DNA of 64,000 nucleotides from an uncultured Gemmatimonadaceae bacterium (GTDB lineage Bacteria; Gemmatimonadota; Gemmatimonadetes; Gemmatimonadales; Gemmatimonadaceae), in assembly GCA_963761305.1 (NCBI GenBank), contig CAVXGK010000002.1, forward strand, positions 1,248,001 through 1,312,000, read 5' to 3'. Position 1 is the stretch's first letter, and the number at the start of each line of letters is the position of its first letter. The notes under the pieces are model-generated. The model was not told the DNA's origin and made no database searches. It was given only the letters and a program-made list of their open reading frames with translations. Shown here one piece after another: positions 6,904 to 15,610 of this stretch. The position numbers and the translations under genes were made by a program.

Positions 6904-8826
6904 TCATGGCGCGTCCTCGATGAGACGCGCGGCGGCGTCGGGCCACTGCCAGATGACCTTCTCGCCGTCGAGGAAGAACGGATCGGTCGCCGCCTTGAGC
7001 GCCGCGGCGCGCGCCGGCTCGGTCTCGTCCGGCTCGAGCGCCGCGCGAACGAAGCCGATGGTCACCGGCACCGCCGCCACTTCGGCCGAGGCGACGATCC
7101 GGTTGGCGACGCCGATGATCTCGCGGACGCTCGCGACCGCGCGCTCGGCGAGGTAGCCGAGAATCTCGGCGTTCGGCTCGACGCCGAGGTCGCGCAGGTA
7201 GCGCGCGAAGAGACGCTCGCGTAGCGAGCGGTCGGGTGCCTGCATCGGCACGACCAAGCCGCCCTCGAACCGCGAGCGGAGGCGATCCTCGAGGCCGGAG
7301 AGCTCGCGCGGCGGGCGGTCGCTCGCCAGGACGAGCTGCTTGCCGTCGGCGTACAACGAATTGAAGACGTGAAAGAGCTCTTCCTGCGTGCGCTCCTTGC
7401 CGGCGACGAATTGCACGTCGTCGAGCAGCAGCGCCGACGCGTCGCGATAGCGGGCGCGCCAGCGGTCCACCGTGCCTTCCTGCAGCGCGGCGATCAACTC
7501 GTCGATGAAGAGCTGCGCCGGCACGCAGGCGACCGATCCGCGCCCGGCCGTCGCCGGCACGAGTCCGTGCCCGATCGCGTTCAACAAGTGCGTCTTGCCG
7601 ACGCCGCTCGGCCCGTGAATGAACAGCGGGTTGTAGCGCGTGCCCGGCGCCGACACGACGGCGTCGGCGGCGCGCACCGCCATCTGATTGCTGCCGCCGA
7701 CCTCGAATCCGGAGCGCGTGAACGCCGACGACGGTCCCGCCGGCGGCGACGCGACGCGCAGCGCGCGCTCGAGCACCTGCTCCGCTTCGTCGACGCGATC
7801 GGGATCGCGGAACGCGGGATGGATCGCCATCGACGCGTCGGCGCGCGACGTCTGCCGTTCCAGATCGCGCAGCCGGTTCACGCGCCCTTCGAACTCGCGC
7901 AGGAACGACTCGACGCCGTTCGCCGGCGCGTTCTCCCTCATGGCGCGCTCGAGGCTCGTCGTGCGATAGCCTTCGGCGCCCCAGTACGCGATCGCGTCGG
8001 AGATCCGTTGTCGCCACTGCTCGACGTGCTGCGCCACCGCCGACGCGATGTCGGTGAGGAAGCTCGCGAACTCGCCGCTGGGTCGCGGCGGCGTCACGCG
8101 GCGCCGCTTCTCGGCCAGGTCGCCGAGGACGCTCATCACGTTGTCGGGCGACACCTGCTCGCCGCCGAGCGCCTGGAACGCAATCAGGCGGGTGAGCGCC
8201 CCCTGCAGCTCGCGGACGTTGTCGAACTCGAGCGCGCCGACTTCGTCGATCACGCCGGCGCGGAACCGCATGCCGCGCTCCTCGCACTTGGCTTTGAGGA
8301 TCGCCATGCGCGTTTCATAATCGGGCGCGCCGATGTCGACGATCAGGCCGCCGGCGAGACGCGAGACGAGGCGCTCGTCGACGTCGGCGATGTCGGCGGC
8401 CGGGCGGTCGCTCGTCATCACGATCTGGCGGCCGTCGCCTTGCAGCGCGTTGAAGATCCGCAGCAGCTCGCTCTGCGTTTCCTTCCGCGCCGTGAGGAAT
8501 TGAATGTCATCGATCAGCAGCAGGCCGACGCCGAGGTAGCGCGCCTTGAACGCCTCGGCCGCGCCCTCGGCGATGGCCGCATGCATCTCGCCGACGAACT
8601 CGTCGAGCGTGACGGCGGCGACGGACAGCGGCTGCCGCCGCTGTGCGACGTGATTGCCGATCGCGCTCATCAGGTGCGTCTTGCCGAGCCCCGACCCGCT
8701 GTACATGAAGAGCGGGTTGTACGCCGTGCCCGGCGCCTCGGCCACCGCGTGCGCCGCGGCGACGGCGAGGCGGTTGGCCGAGCCGACGATGAAGTTGTCG
8801 AAGCGGAGCTTCGGATCGAGCTGCAT
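6904..8826 (-). CDS. Tandem DnaA-like AAA+ protein (two DnaA domain III modules, no domain I or IV)
   Basis: Two complete sets of YNPLF / Walker A (GSGLGKT, GPSGVGKT) / Walker B (LLIDD, LLLDD) / sensor I SDR / Arg finger (RLVSR, RLRSR) / sensor II (NVRELQG, SVREIIG). Confidence 0.9.
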   Translation of the reverse strand: MQLDPKLRFDNFIVGSANRLAVAAAHAVAEAPGTAYNPLFMYSGSGLGKTHLMSAIGNHVAQRRQPLSVAAVTLDEFVGEMHAAIAEGAAEAFKARYLGVGLLLIDDIQFLTARKETQSELLRIFNALQGDGRQIVMTSDRPAADIADVDERLVSRLAGGLIVDIGAPDYETRMAILKAKCEERGMRFRAGVIDEVGALEFDNVRELQGALTRLIAFQALGGEQVSPDNVMSVLGDLAEKRRRVTPPRPSGEFASFLTDIASAVAQHVEQWRQRISDAIAYWGAEGYRTTSLERAMRENAPANGVESFLREFEGRVNRLRDLERQTSRADASMAIHPAFRDPDRVDEAEQVLERALRVASPPAGPSSAFTRSGFEVGGSNQMAVRAADAVVSAPGTRYNPLFIHGPSGVGKTHLLNAIGHGLVPATAGRGSVACVPAQLFIDELIAALQEGTVDRWRARYRDASALLLDDVQFVAGKERTQEELFHVFNSLYADGKQLVLASDRPPRELSGLEDRLRSRFEGGLVVPMQAPDRSLRERLFARYLRDLGVEPNAEILGYLAERAVASVREIIGVANRIVASAEVAAVPVTIGFVRAALEPDETEPARAAALKAATDPFFLDGEKVIWQWPDAAARLIEDAP

Positions 8827-8839
8827 GATCGACCCGCCG

Positions 8840-9469
8840 CTATCCGGCGCGCGCCGTCACGCGCGGCACCGACGATGGCGTGCCGGCGCTCAGGCGTCTG
8901 AGCACGAGCTCGGAGATCGCGCGCAGCGTCTCGAAGACGCCCGGGCCGTGCAACGCATCGGCCGAAAACTCCGGCACGTCGCGGAAGTTGAGCGCCTCGG
9001 ACAGCGTGGCCGGATCGAGGATCAACTCGCTCGGCAGGTCCTGCTTGTTGTACTGGATGACCAGCGGCACGGCGCGCGCGTCGACGCCCTGGTCGCCGAG
9101 ATTCGCGTGGAGGTCCTGGAAGCTCTCGACGTTTTCATCGAGCTGGCGGCCCTGGCTGTCGGCGACGAAGACGACACCGTCGGCGCCCTGGAGCACGAGC
9201 CTGCGCGTCGTCTGGTAGTAGACCTGGCCGGGGACGGTGTAGAGCTGGAACCGGGTGGTGAAGCCGGAAATGGTGCCGAGATCAAGCGGGAGAAAATCGA
9301 AGAAGAGCGTGCGGTCGGTCTGCGTCGCCAACGACACCATCCGGCCGCGGCGGTCGGCGGGCACCTGGCTGTAGATGTAGTGCAAGTTCGTCGTCTTTCC
9401 GGACCGGCCCGGTCCGTAGTAGACGATCTTGCACGTGATCTCTCTGGTGGCGTAGTTGACGAGGGACAC
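8840..9469 (-). CDS. mglA: MglA-family small Ras-like GTPase
   Basis: [47 protein letters not shown] match the MglA signature. Confidence 0.95.
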   Translation of the reverse strand: MSLVNYATREITCKIVYYGPGRSGKTTNLHYIYSQVPADRRGRMVSLATQTDRTLFFDFLPLDLGTISGFTTRFQLYTVPGQVYYQTTRRLVLQGADGVVFVADSQGRQLDENVESFQDLHANLGDQGVDARAVPLVIQYNKQDLPSELILDPATLSEALNFRDVPEFSADALHGPGVFETLRAISELVLRRLSAGTPSSVPRVTARAG

Positions 9470-9589
9470 AGGACTGAGTGTTGAGTTTGGCGTCGAAGCG
9501 TGCTTGACAGTGGACTAATTAGTTTTTATTGAGAATCGGATACTCTAGCGTCAGGCGTCAGCGTCAGGCGGTGGGTGAAGGTGCGGCGG

Positions 9590-10081
9590 TCATCGTCCCT
9601 CCCAGCGGTCGGACTGGCGAAAGAGCGCGGACAGATTCCGGTTGAGGTCGTCCTCGAAGTTGCCGGCCAGCGCGACCGCGGCCGGCGGCTCCGCGGTGCG
9701 GGCCGCCTCGGCCAGCTCGCGCTCGAGTTCCGTGAAGTAGATGCGGATCAAACCGAGCGACGTCTGGTCGTCGAACACCGTGAAACAGATGTACGCGCCG
9801 CGCGACGTCTGGAGCGGCGCCAGATACATCTGCTTCTCCGGGCCCGCGTAGTGCAGCCCGGCGAACGCGCGGCCGTCGACCTGGCGGCCAAGTTCTCCCG
9901 CCGTCGCGTGCACCGCGGACGCCAGCGCGCACGCCGTCATCACGTCCACTTCGCGCGTGAACCCGGCCTGCGCCAAGACCTGCCCCGTCGGATGGAGCAG
10001 CAGCGCGAGACGCGCGCGCGCGTCGTCGACGAACCGCCGCAGCGGCGCTTCGACCCACGGCTCGACCGCGGCGATCTTCAT
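9590..10081 (-). CDS. mglB: MglB-like roadblock/LC7 protein
   Basis: Roadblock pattern ALLLHPTGQVLA...ALASAVHATAGEL...VFDDQTSLGLIR; acidic C-terminal helix FEDDLNRNLSALF; directly upstream of mglA; ATG 10081 in ATGA overlap. Confidence 0.75.
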   Translation of the reverse strand: MKIAAVEPWVEAPLRRFVDDARARLALLLHPTGQVLAQAGFTREVDVMTACALASAVHATAGELGRQVDGRAFAGLHYAGPEKQMYLAPLQTSRGAYICFTVFDDQTSLGLIRIYFTELERELAEAARTAEPPAAVALAGNFEDDLNRNLSALFRQSDRWEGR

Positions 10082-10428
10082 GCGAGCATCTCCAGCGCCT
10101 TGAACAGCTCCACCCGAATCAGCCCGACGTTCGCCGCGGGGTCGGCAACGGTCACGATCACCAGGTCGTTCCCTCCGCCCGCCACGCAAATGCAACCGCG
10201 CTCCGCGTCGAGCTGCAGGAACGTCACCGCTCCGAGCCGCGCCGCCTGCGCCGACAACCGCGCCTTGCGATACACGGACGCGGCGAGCGCCGCGACACGC
10301 TCGCCGTCCTGGCCAAAACGGAGACTGGAATCGATGACGAGCCCGTCACTCTCGGAGACGATCAAGCTCGCCCGCACGCCACGCTGGCGAGTCAGCACAT
10401 CGAGCACGGGCCGCATGGACGTGCTCAC
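10078..10428 (-). CDS. Roadblock/LC7 domain protein
   Basis: GVRASLIVSESDGLVI...VAALAAS...ANVGLIRVEL; GTG 10428 in GTGA overlap. Confidence 0.85.
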   Translation of the reverse strand: MSTSMRPVLDVLTRQRGVRASLIVSESDGLVIDSSLRFGQDGERVAALAASVYRKARLSAQAARLGAVTFLQLDAERGCICVAGGGNDLVIVTVADPAANVGLIRVELFKALEMLA

Positions 10429-11288
10429 GGCGCGCCCGCGCCGTCGATTCGCCCGTCGCGAAGCCACGCCGAGGCCCGCGCGGCGCACCGGTCGAGCAGG
10501 CGCCGCAGGAGCCCGAGCGGCGTGACCTTCGACGCCGCGACGACGAGGAGACCGCCGTCGTCGCTCCGCGTCATCGCCACGACGCTCCCACGCGTCTCGA
10601 ACGTGATCGACTGCCACTCGCCGACGTCCAGATACTTCGTCGATCGCTGCACTTCGTCGGAGATTCCGCTCAACTGTGCGCCGACGTCCTGCGACAAATC
10701 GGCGCCGTTGGCGTCGACGTACACGCCGCCCAGCACCAAGCCGCTGGCGTCGAGCAGGAGCGCCGTCTGCCCCTCCTCGGTCAGCAGGCTCGCGAAGAGA
10801 CGCCGCGGATCGTTCGACGACGCGGGTGGCGCGAACGCGCTCGTTTGCGGAGAAGGCACCGCCTCATCGGGCACAGCCACGTGGGTGCCAGACGCCCGCC
10901 GCACCGTGCGCAGCGCGCCCGCGACCGAGGCCCCCCCGCCGCCGCTCGCCGCGGCGCCGGTCAAATACCGCTCGGCGTCGTCGACGCGACCTTCCTGAAA
11001 GCTGAGATATCCGAGTCCCTTCATCGCCCCCGCGTGATCGGGAACGATTCGAAGCACGGCGTTCCATTCGTCGCGGGCGCGCGCGAGGTCGCCGCGATCG
11101 ACCGCGACGCGCGCGAGTAAGTCGTGCGCGTCCGCGTTGTGCGGGTGCCGCTCGAGCCCGCGCAGCGCGACTTTGCTCGCGAGCTCGAACTGTCGCTGCC
11201 GGCGCAGCGCGTCGCCAAGCTGAAGGAACACCAGGCTCCCCGGCTCGCGCGCGAGCTCTTCGCTCCAGCGGCGGATGTCGTCAACCAT
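10425..11288 (-). CDS. TPR + roadblock/LC7 fusion protein
   Basis: N-terminal TPRs (FLQLGDALRR, AHDLLARV, AMKGLGYL); C-terminal roadblock (ALLLDASGLVL...VGAQLSGI...TPLGLLRR). Start at ATG 11288. Confidence 0.8.
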   Translation of the reverse strand: MVDDIRRWSEELAREPGSLVFLQLGDALRRQRQFELASKVALRGLERHPHNADAHDLLARVAVDRGDLARARDEWNAVLRIVPDHAGAMKGLGYLSFQEGRVDDAERYLTGAAASGGGGASVAGALRTVRRASGTHVAVPDEAVPSPQTSAFAPPASSNDPRRLFASLLTEEGQTALLLDASGLVLGGVYVDANGADLSQDVGAQLSGISDEVQRSTKYLDVGEWQSITFETRGSVVAMTRSDDGGLLVVAASKVTPLGLLRRLLDRCAARASAWLRDGRIDGAGAP

Positions 11289-12225
11289 TGGCGTGCACCT
11301 CGAGCACCCGCTCGAGTCGCGCGAGCGCGTCGAGCGCGTCGCGCGCTTCGAGGGCGACGGTGCCGGCCGGCTCACGGCGCAGCAGCTGCTCGACCGCGTG
11401 GCGGGCGGCGCTCACGTGTGCGGCGACGCCAGTCGGCGGCGAACCAGTGGGCGACCACGCTCGCGCCCGCGCGACGGCGGATGGTTCGACGTTCTTTCGA
11501 ATCGTGACGACGCCGGTCGTGGCCAGCCCATACGCGATCTTGGCCGTCTCGAACTCGTCGCGGGTCAGCAGCGCGGCGATCGCGCGCAGGTCGCGCTCGC
11601 CGTCGATCATCGTCAGGACCTGCCACTCGTGCGGGAGCAGGTCGAGCGTCGTGCCGCCGTCGTGCTCTTCGCCCATCGGTGCAAGCTCGGGCACGACGTT
11701 CAGGCTCGGCACCACGTCGGCGATGCGCGACCATTCGTCGATGCGCCGCGCGCCTTCCATGAGCAGGGATTCGGTCGAGACGGCGATGCGCGGGTCGCGC
11801 GGCATCTCCTCACGCGCGCGTTCTTCGAACGAGAAAAACCCCTCGCGCCACGACATCAGCTCGAATACCACGCTCTCGATCTGCAACCGCAAGTGCCGCT
11901 CGAGCTCGCGCTGGGTGATCGCCCCGAGGCGAACGAGCGAATCGACGATGGTCCGCGCACCCGCGACCCCATTGCCCTCGGTCGACGCGTGCGCGCGATC
12001 GAGATCGGCTTGCGTGATCCGCCCCGCCTCCAGCAATACGAGCTCCGTCGGCACGCTCTTGCTGCGGATCGACGCGTGCACGACGCGGCCGCCGTCGAAG
12101 TGGACGACGCCCTCGTCCTCGCGCAGCTTCGACGATACGCACAGGAGTCCCGTCTTCCGGCTCAGGTCGAGCAGCTGGAAGACGTCGTGGATGCCGAGCT
12201 CGCGAAGCGGACCTTCGATCGCCAT
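11281..12225 (-). CDS. DUF4388 domain protein
   Basis: MAIEGPLRELGIHDVFQLL...KTGLL, WREGFFSF, LLMEGARRIDEW; paralogue of 5250-6869. Confidence 0.85.
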   Translation of the reverse strand: MAIEGPLRELGIHDVFQLLDLSRKTGLLCVSSKLREDEGVVHFDGGRVVHASIRSKSVPTELVLLEAGRITQADLDRAHASTEGNGVAGARTIVDSLVRLGAITQRELERHLRLQIESVVFELMSWREGFFSFEERAREEMPRDPRIAVSTESLLMEGARRIDEWSRIADVVPSLNVVPELAPMGEEHDGGTTLDLLPHEWQVLTMIDGERDLRAIAALLTRDEFETAKIAYGLATTGVVTIRKNVEPSAVARARAWSPTGSPPTGVAAHVSAARHAVEQLLRREPAGTVALEARDALDALARLERVLEVHANG

Positions 12226-12227
12226 GG

Positions 12228-14987
12228 TCAGCCCGTTCGCAGCGTGAGAATGTGCTGCAGCTCGGAGGCGCTGCGCAGATCGCGACGCGCGCGCCGAGCG
12301 AACGACGATGCGGGATCGAGCGCGATCACGCGGCGCCAGCGTTCGGCCGCCTCGCGGAAGCGGTGCTGTTCCGCCAGCAACGCGCCCTCGAAGTACAGCG
12401 CGCCGACGTTCCCCGGATCGAACCGCAGCACCCGCGCGAACGCATGGCTCGCGTCGCGCCGGCGATCGAGCTCGATCAGCGTCTCACCGAGCGCGATGAG
12501 CGCGTCGAAGTTGTACGGATCGCGCTCCAGCATTTCGATCAGCAGCGGCATGGCGTCGCTCGGGCGACTCAGCCGGCGTCGAAGCGCCGCGAGCGCGAGC
12601 GTCGCTTCGGCGTAGGTCGGCACCGCGTCGAGCGCCGCGACCAACTCGTGCTCGGCTTCGCGATCGCGGCCTTGCGACTGCAACAGATCCGCGAGCCGGA
12701 AGCGCACGACGGCGAAATCCTCGTCCACCTCGAGCGCGAGCCGGTACATCTCGATCGCGCGGTCGATGTCGCCGATCGACTGCGCGATGTCGCCCGTACG
12801 CAGCAACACGTCGGCCCGCCGCGGCGAGATCCGCCGCGCACGGTTGAGCAGCTCGAGCGCCGCCACCGGATCGCCGGAATCCGCGCACGCCTCCGACGCG
12901 AGCATCAGCGCGTCGACGTCGTTCGCGTCCCGCGCCACCAACAGCTGCGCGATCGGACGCGCCTCGGCCCCGCGCCCCAGTCGCAGGAGCGCCATCGCCT
13001 CGCCGGCAAGCGCCTGCGGACGATCCGGAACGATCGCCAGCGCAGCGCGAAAGCGCTCCAGCGCTTCGCCGAACAAGCCCTGTTTCGCGAAGATCTCGCC
13101 GAGGATCGTCATCCCCATGGCGCGGTCCTCGCCGCGCGCCAGCGCGCGCGCGACCTCGGCCGACGCCCGGTCGAAGTAGCCCTTCGACAAGTAGTCCGCC
13201 GCCATCGCGAACGGCGACCGGTCGCTCGCGCGCCGCGCACGCGGCCGCTCGGACTCTTCTTCGCTCGATGGTTTCGCATCCGGCGCCGCTGTGGTGGCCG
13301 GCGCCGACTCGGCCGGCGCGGCGGGCGCCAGCTCCGTGAACAGCGTGTCGAGAGAGCCGGGATCGAAATCGAAGTCCTCGACGACCGCGTCCTCGTGCGC
13401 GCCGCCGAGGTCGGGCGGCACCGTGAGGTCGGGGTCTTCGTACTCGACGTCCATCGCCAACTCGAACTTCTGCGCCACGTAGTACGGTTCCAGCTCGAGC
13501 GCGCGCTTGGTTTCGCGCAGCGCGCCCTCGAAGTCGCCGAGATTCGAGAGCGTGAAGCTCATGTTGTAGTGCGCTTCGGCGAAGTCGGGTCGCGCCTGGA
13601 TCGCGCGCGCGAAGGCGCCGCGGGCGTCGTCGTACCTGTGGAGCTCGGCGAGCACGAGGCCGACGCCGTTCCATGCTACCGGATGCTCGGCCGCCGAGCG
13701 CAACACGCGGCGATACGACTCGAGCGCGTGCTGGAATCGCTTGGCGCGGCTCATGAGCAGCGCCAGGTTGAGACGCGCCTTGACGAATTCGGGCCGATGC
13801 TCGAGCGCCGCGTTGAACGCGGCGAGCGAGTCCTCCGATTTTCCGCTGTGGTAGAGCGCCACGCCGAGGTTGTTCCGTGCGATCGCGTACGACGGCTCGG
13901 CGTCCAGCGCGCGCCGATAGCTCGACTCGGCGTCGGCGAAGCGTCCTTCCTGGTGCATCGCCACGCCGCGCTCGTTCCACAGCTTGGGGCTGTGCGGCTG
14001 GCGGCGCAGCAGATCGTCGTACAGCCCGATCGCCTCGCCGGGTTGGCGCAACAGCAGATGCACTTCGGCCATCGCCTGTAACACGAGGTCGCGGTCTTCG
14101 CCCCGGTCGAGCGCGACGCCGTACTCGCGCATCGCTTCGGCGTAGTAGCCCTTGCTGCGGAACGCGAGGCCCAGGTTGTAGTGCGCGAGCTGTCCGTCGA
14201 CCGACACCTGCAGCTCTCGCTTCGGCTGGCCGTTCGCCGCGTCGCGGCCCCGCTGTTGCTCGAGCGACAGATTCGCGTGCGCGCGCGACAGCGACGGATT
14301 CAGCTTGATGGCGCGGCGCGTGGCCGCCTGCGCGTCCTCGTGGCGTCCGATGTCGCCGAGGACGAAGCCCATCAGGTACAGGGCGTCGTGGTTCTCCGGA
14401 TTCAACGCGATCGCGCGCTCGAGTGCGCGCAACGCGTCGTCGTTCAGGCCGCGGTGATAGAGGATCTCGCCGAGCGTGAAGTGCAGCAGCGAGCTGTCCG
14501 GATCGCGGGCCAGCGCGCGTTCGATGCATTCCTGCGCGCGCTCCATGTCGCCCGAGTGCTTCTCGGCGAGCGCGAGCTGCAGCAGGGCCGCGACGTCGTT
14601 CGGCGCGTACTCGAGGAGGGCGCGGAACTCGTTCGCTGCGTCGTCCTGCTTGCCGAGCAGCGAGAACGTGCGGCCCAACTCCCAGCGCGCTTCGCGGTCG
14701 TCGGGCCGGGCCCGGAGACGCTCGCGCAGCTCGGGCACCCGTGTGTCGTAGTAGCCGGTGTTGAAGTACGCGATCTCGAGGTTGCGCTGCGCGACCTGCA
14801 TCGTGTGGTCGAGCTCGAGCGCCTTCATGAAGGCGGCGACCGCCTCCTGATACAGCCCCTTGTTGTAGTAGAGAACGCCGAGGTTGTTGTGCGCGCCGGC
14901 GTCCGACGGATCGATCCGCCGGGCGAAGGAGCGAAGGACCTCGCGGTCCCGCTCCGACGTCAGTGGGGCCGGCGGGATCATGATCAC
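12228..14987 (-). CDS. Large TPR-repeat protein
   Basis: Many TPRs (AHNNLGVLYY, AHYNLGLAF, ARNNLGVAL, AWNGVGLVL) in two blocks separated by an acidic/Pro-Ala linker; GTGA overlap with the cheC stop. Confidence 0.9.
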   Translation of the reverse strand: MIMIPPAPLTSERDREVLRSFARRIDPSDAGAHNNLGVLYYNKGLYQEAVAAFMKALELDHTMQVAQRNLEIAYFNTGYYDTRVPELRERLRARPDDREARWELGRTFSLLGKQDDAANEFRALLEYAPNDVAALLQLALAEKHSGDMERAQECIERALARDPDSSLLHFTLGEILYHRGLNDDALRALERAIALNPENHDALYLMGFVLGDIGRHEDAQAATRRAIKLNPSLSRAHANLSLEQQRGRDAANGQPKRELQVSVDGQLAHYNLGLAFRSKGYYAEAMREYGVALDRGEDRDLVLQAMAEVHLLLRQPGEAIGLYDDLLRRQPHSPKLWNERGVAMHQEGRFADAESSYRRALDAEPSYAIARNNLGVALYHSGKSEDSLAAFNAALEHRPEFVKARLNLALLMSRAKRFQHALESYRRVLRSAAEHPVAWNGVGLVLAELHRYDDARGAFARAIQARPDFAEAHYNMSFTLSNLGDFEGALRETKRALELEPYYVAQKFELAMDVEYEDPDLTVPPDLGGAHEDAVVEDFDFDPGSLDTLFTELAPAAPAESAPATTAAPDAKPSSEEESERPRARRASDRSPFAMAADYLSKGYFDRASAEVARALARGEDRAMGMTILGEIFAKQGLFGEALERFRAALAIVPDRPQALAGEAMALLRLGRGAEARPIAQLLVARDANDVDALMLASEACADSGDPVAALELLNRARRISPRRADVLLRTGDIAQSIGDIDRAIEMYRLALEVDEDFAVVRFRLADLLQSQGRDREAEHELVAALDAVPTYAEATLALAALRRRLSRPSDAMPLLIEMLERDPYNFDALIALGETLIELDRRRDASHAFARVLRFDPGNVGALYFEGALLAEQHRFREAAERWRRVIALDPASSFARRARRDLRSASELQHILTLRTG

Positions 14988-15601
14988 GCGACGTGGATCG
15001 CCTTGAGGATGGCGCCGAGCGACGCCGTGTCGGGAAGCAGCAGGAAGAAGCCGCGCAGCTTCTCGTCGGACTGGTTCAGCACGAAGTCGCTCTCGACGCA
15101 GAAGACGAAGTCACGGTCCCCGCCGAACTGGAGGTACGCCGTCGTGAGCACGGCGTCGGACATGTCGATCGCCAGCGCCGGCGGCGACGGAATGAGCATC
15201 ATGCCCATGAAGTCGCTCAGCGCGTTCATGTAGGCGGAGCTGAGGATGTTGCCCGCTTCCTTGATCGCCGACTGCTGCATGTCGGAGAAGTCGTCGCTGG
15301 GCTCGCGGCGGTGCAGCAGCAGCTCGGCGAGCCGCATCGCGGTGCGCCGCGGGAACACGAGCAGCGTGCGGCCCGTGAGATCGCCGAGCATGTGCATCAG
15401 CACCGCGGCCACCGGCTCGTCCGGCGTCGTGATGTGCGGCGGCACCTCTTCCAGGCGCGCGACGCTGATTTTCGGCACGCTGATCATGATCGTCTCGCCG
15501 ATCATCTGCGACAGCGCCGTCGCCGCGTGGCCGGCGCCGATGTTGGCCACCTCGCGGAGCGCGTCGAGCTGCAGCGCTTTCAACGAAAGAAGATCTTCCA
15601 T
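14984..15601 (-). CDS. cheC: CheC CheY-P phosphatase
   Basis: Two E-x2-N active-site motifs (DALREVANIG, SAIKEAGNIL); AGGA SD upstream. Confidence 0.93.
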   Translation of the reverse strand: MEDLLSLKALQLDALREVANIGAGHAATALSQMIGETIMISVPKISVARLEEVPPHITTPDEPVAAVLMHMLGDLTGRTLLVFPRRTAMRLAELLLHRREPSDDFSDMQQSAIKEAGNILSSAYMNALSDFMGMMLIPSPPALAIDMSDAVLTTAYLQFGGDRDFVFCVESDFVLNQSDEKLRGFFLLLPDTASLGAILKAIHVA

Positions 15602-15610
15602 ATCAATCCT

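Noticed and set aside
6904..8826. Calling this gene dnaA or hda, or the region oriC
   Set aside because: No domain I or IV, duplicated ATPase module, no dnaN/recF/gyrB neighbours and no DnaA-box cluster.
9504..9532. Plus-strand TTGACA as an antisense promoter
   Set aside because: The hexamer 17 nt downstream (TATTGA) lacks the conserved final T, and no plus-strand gene follows.
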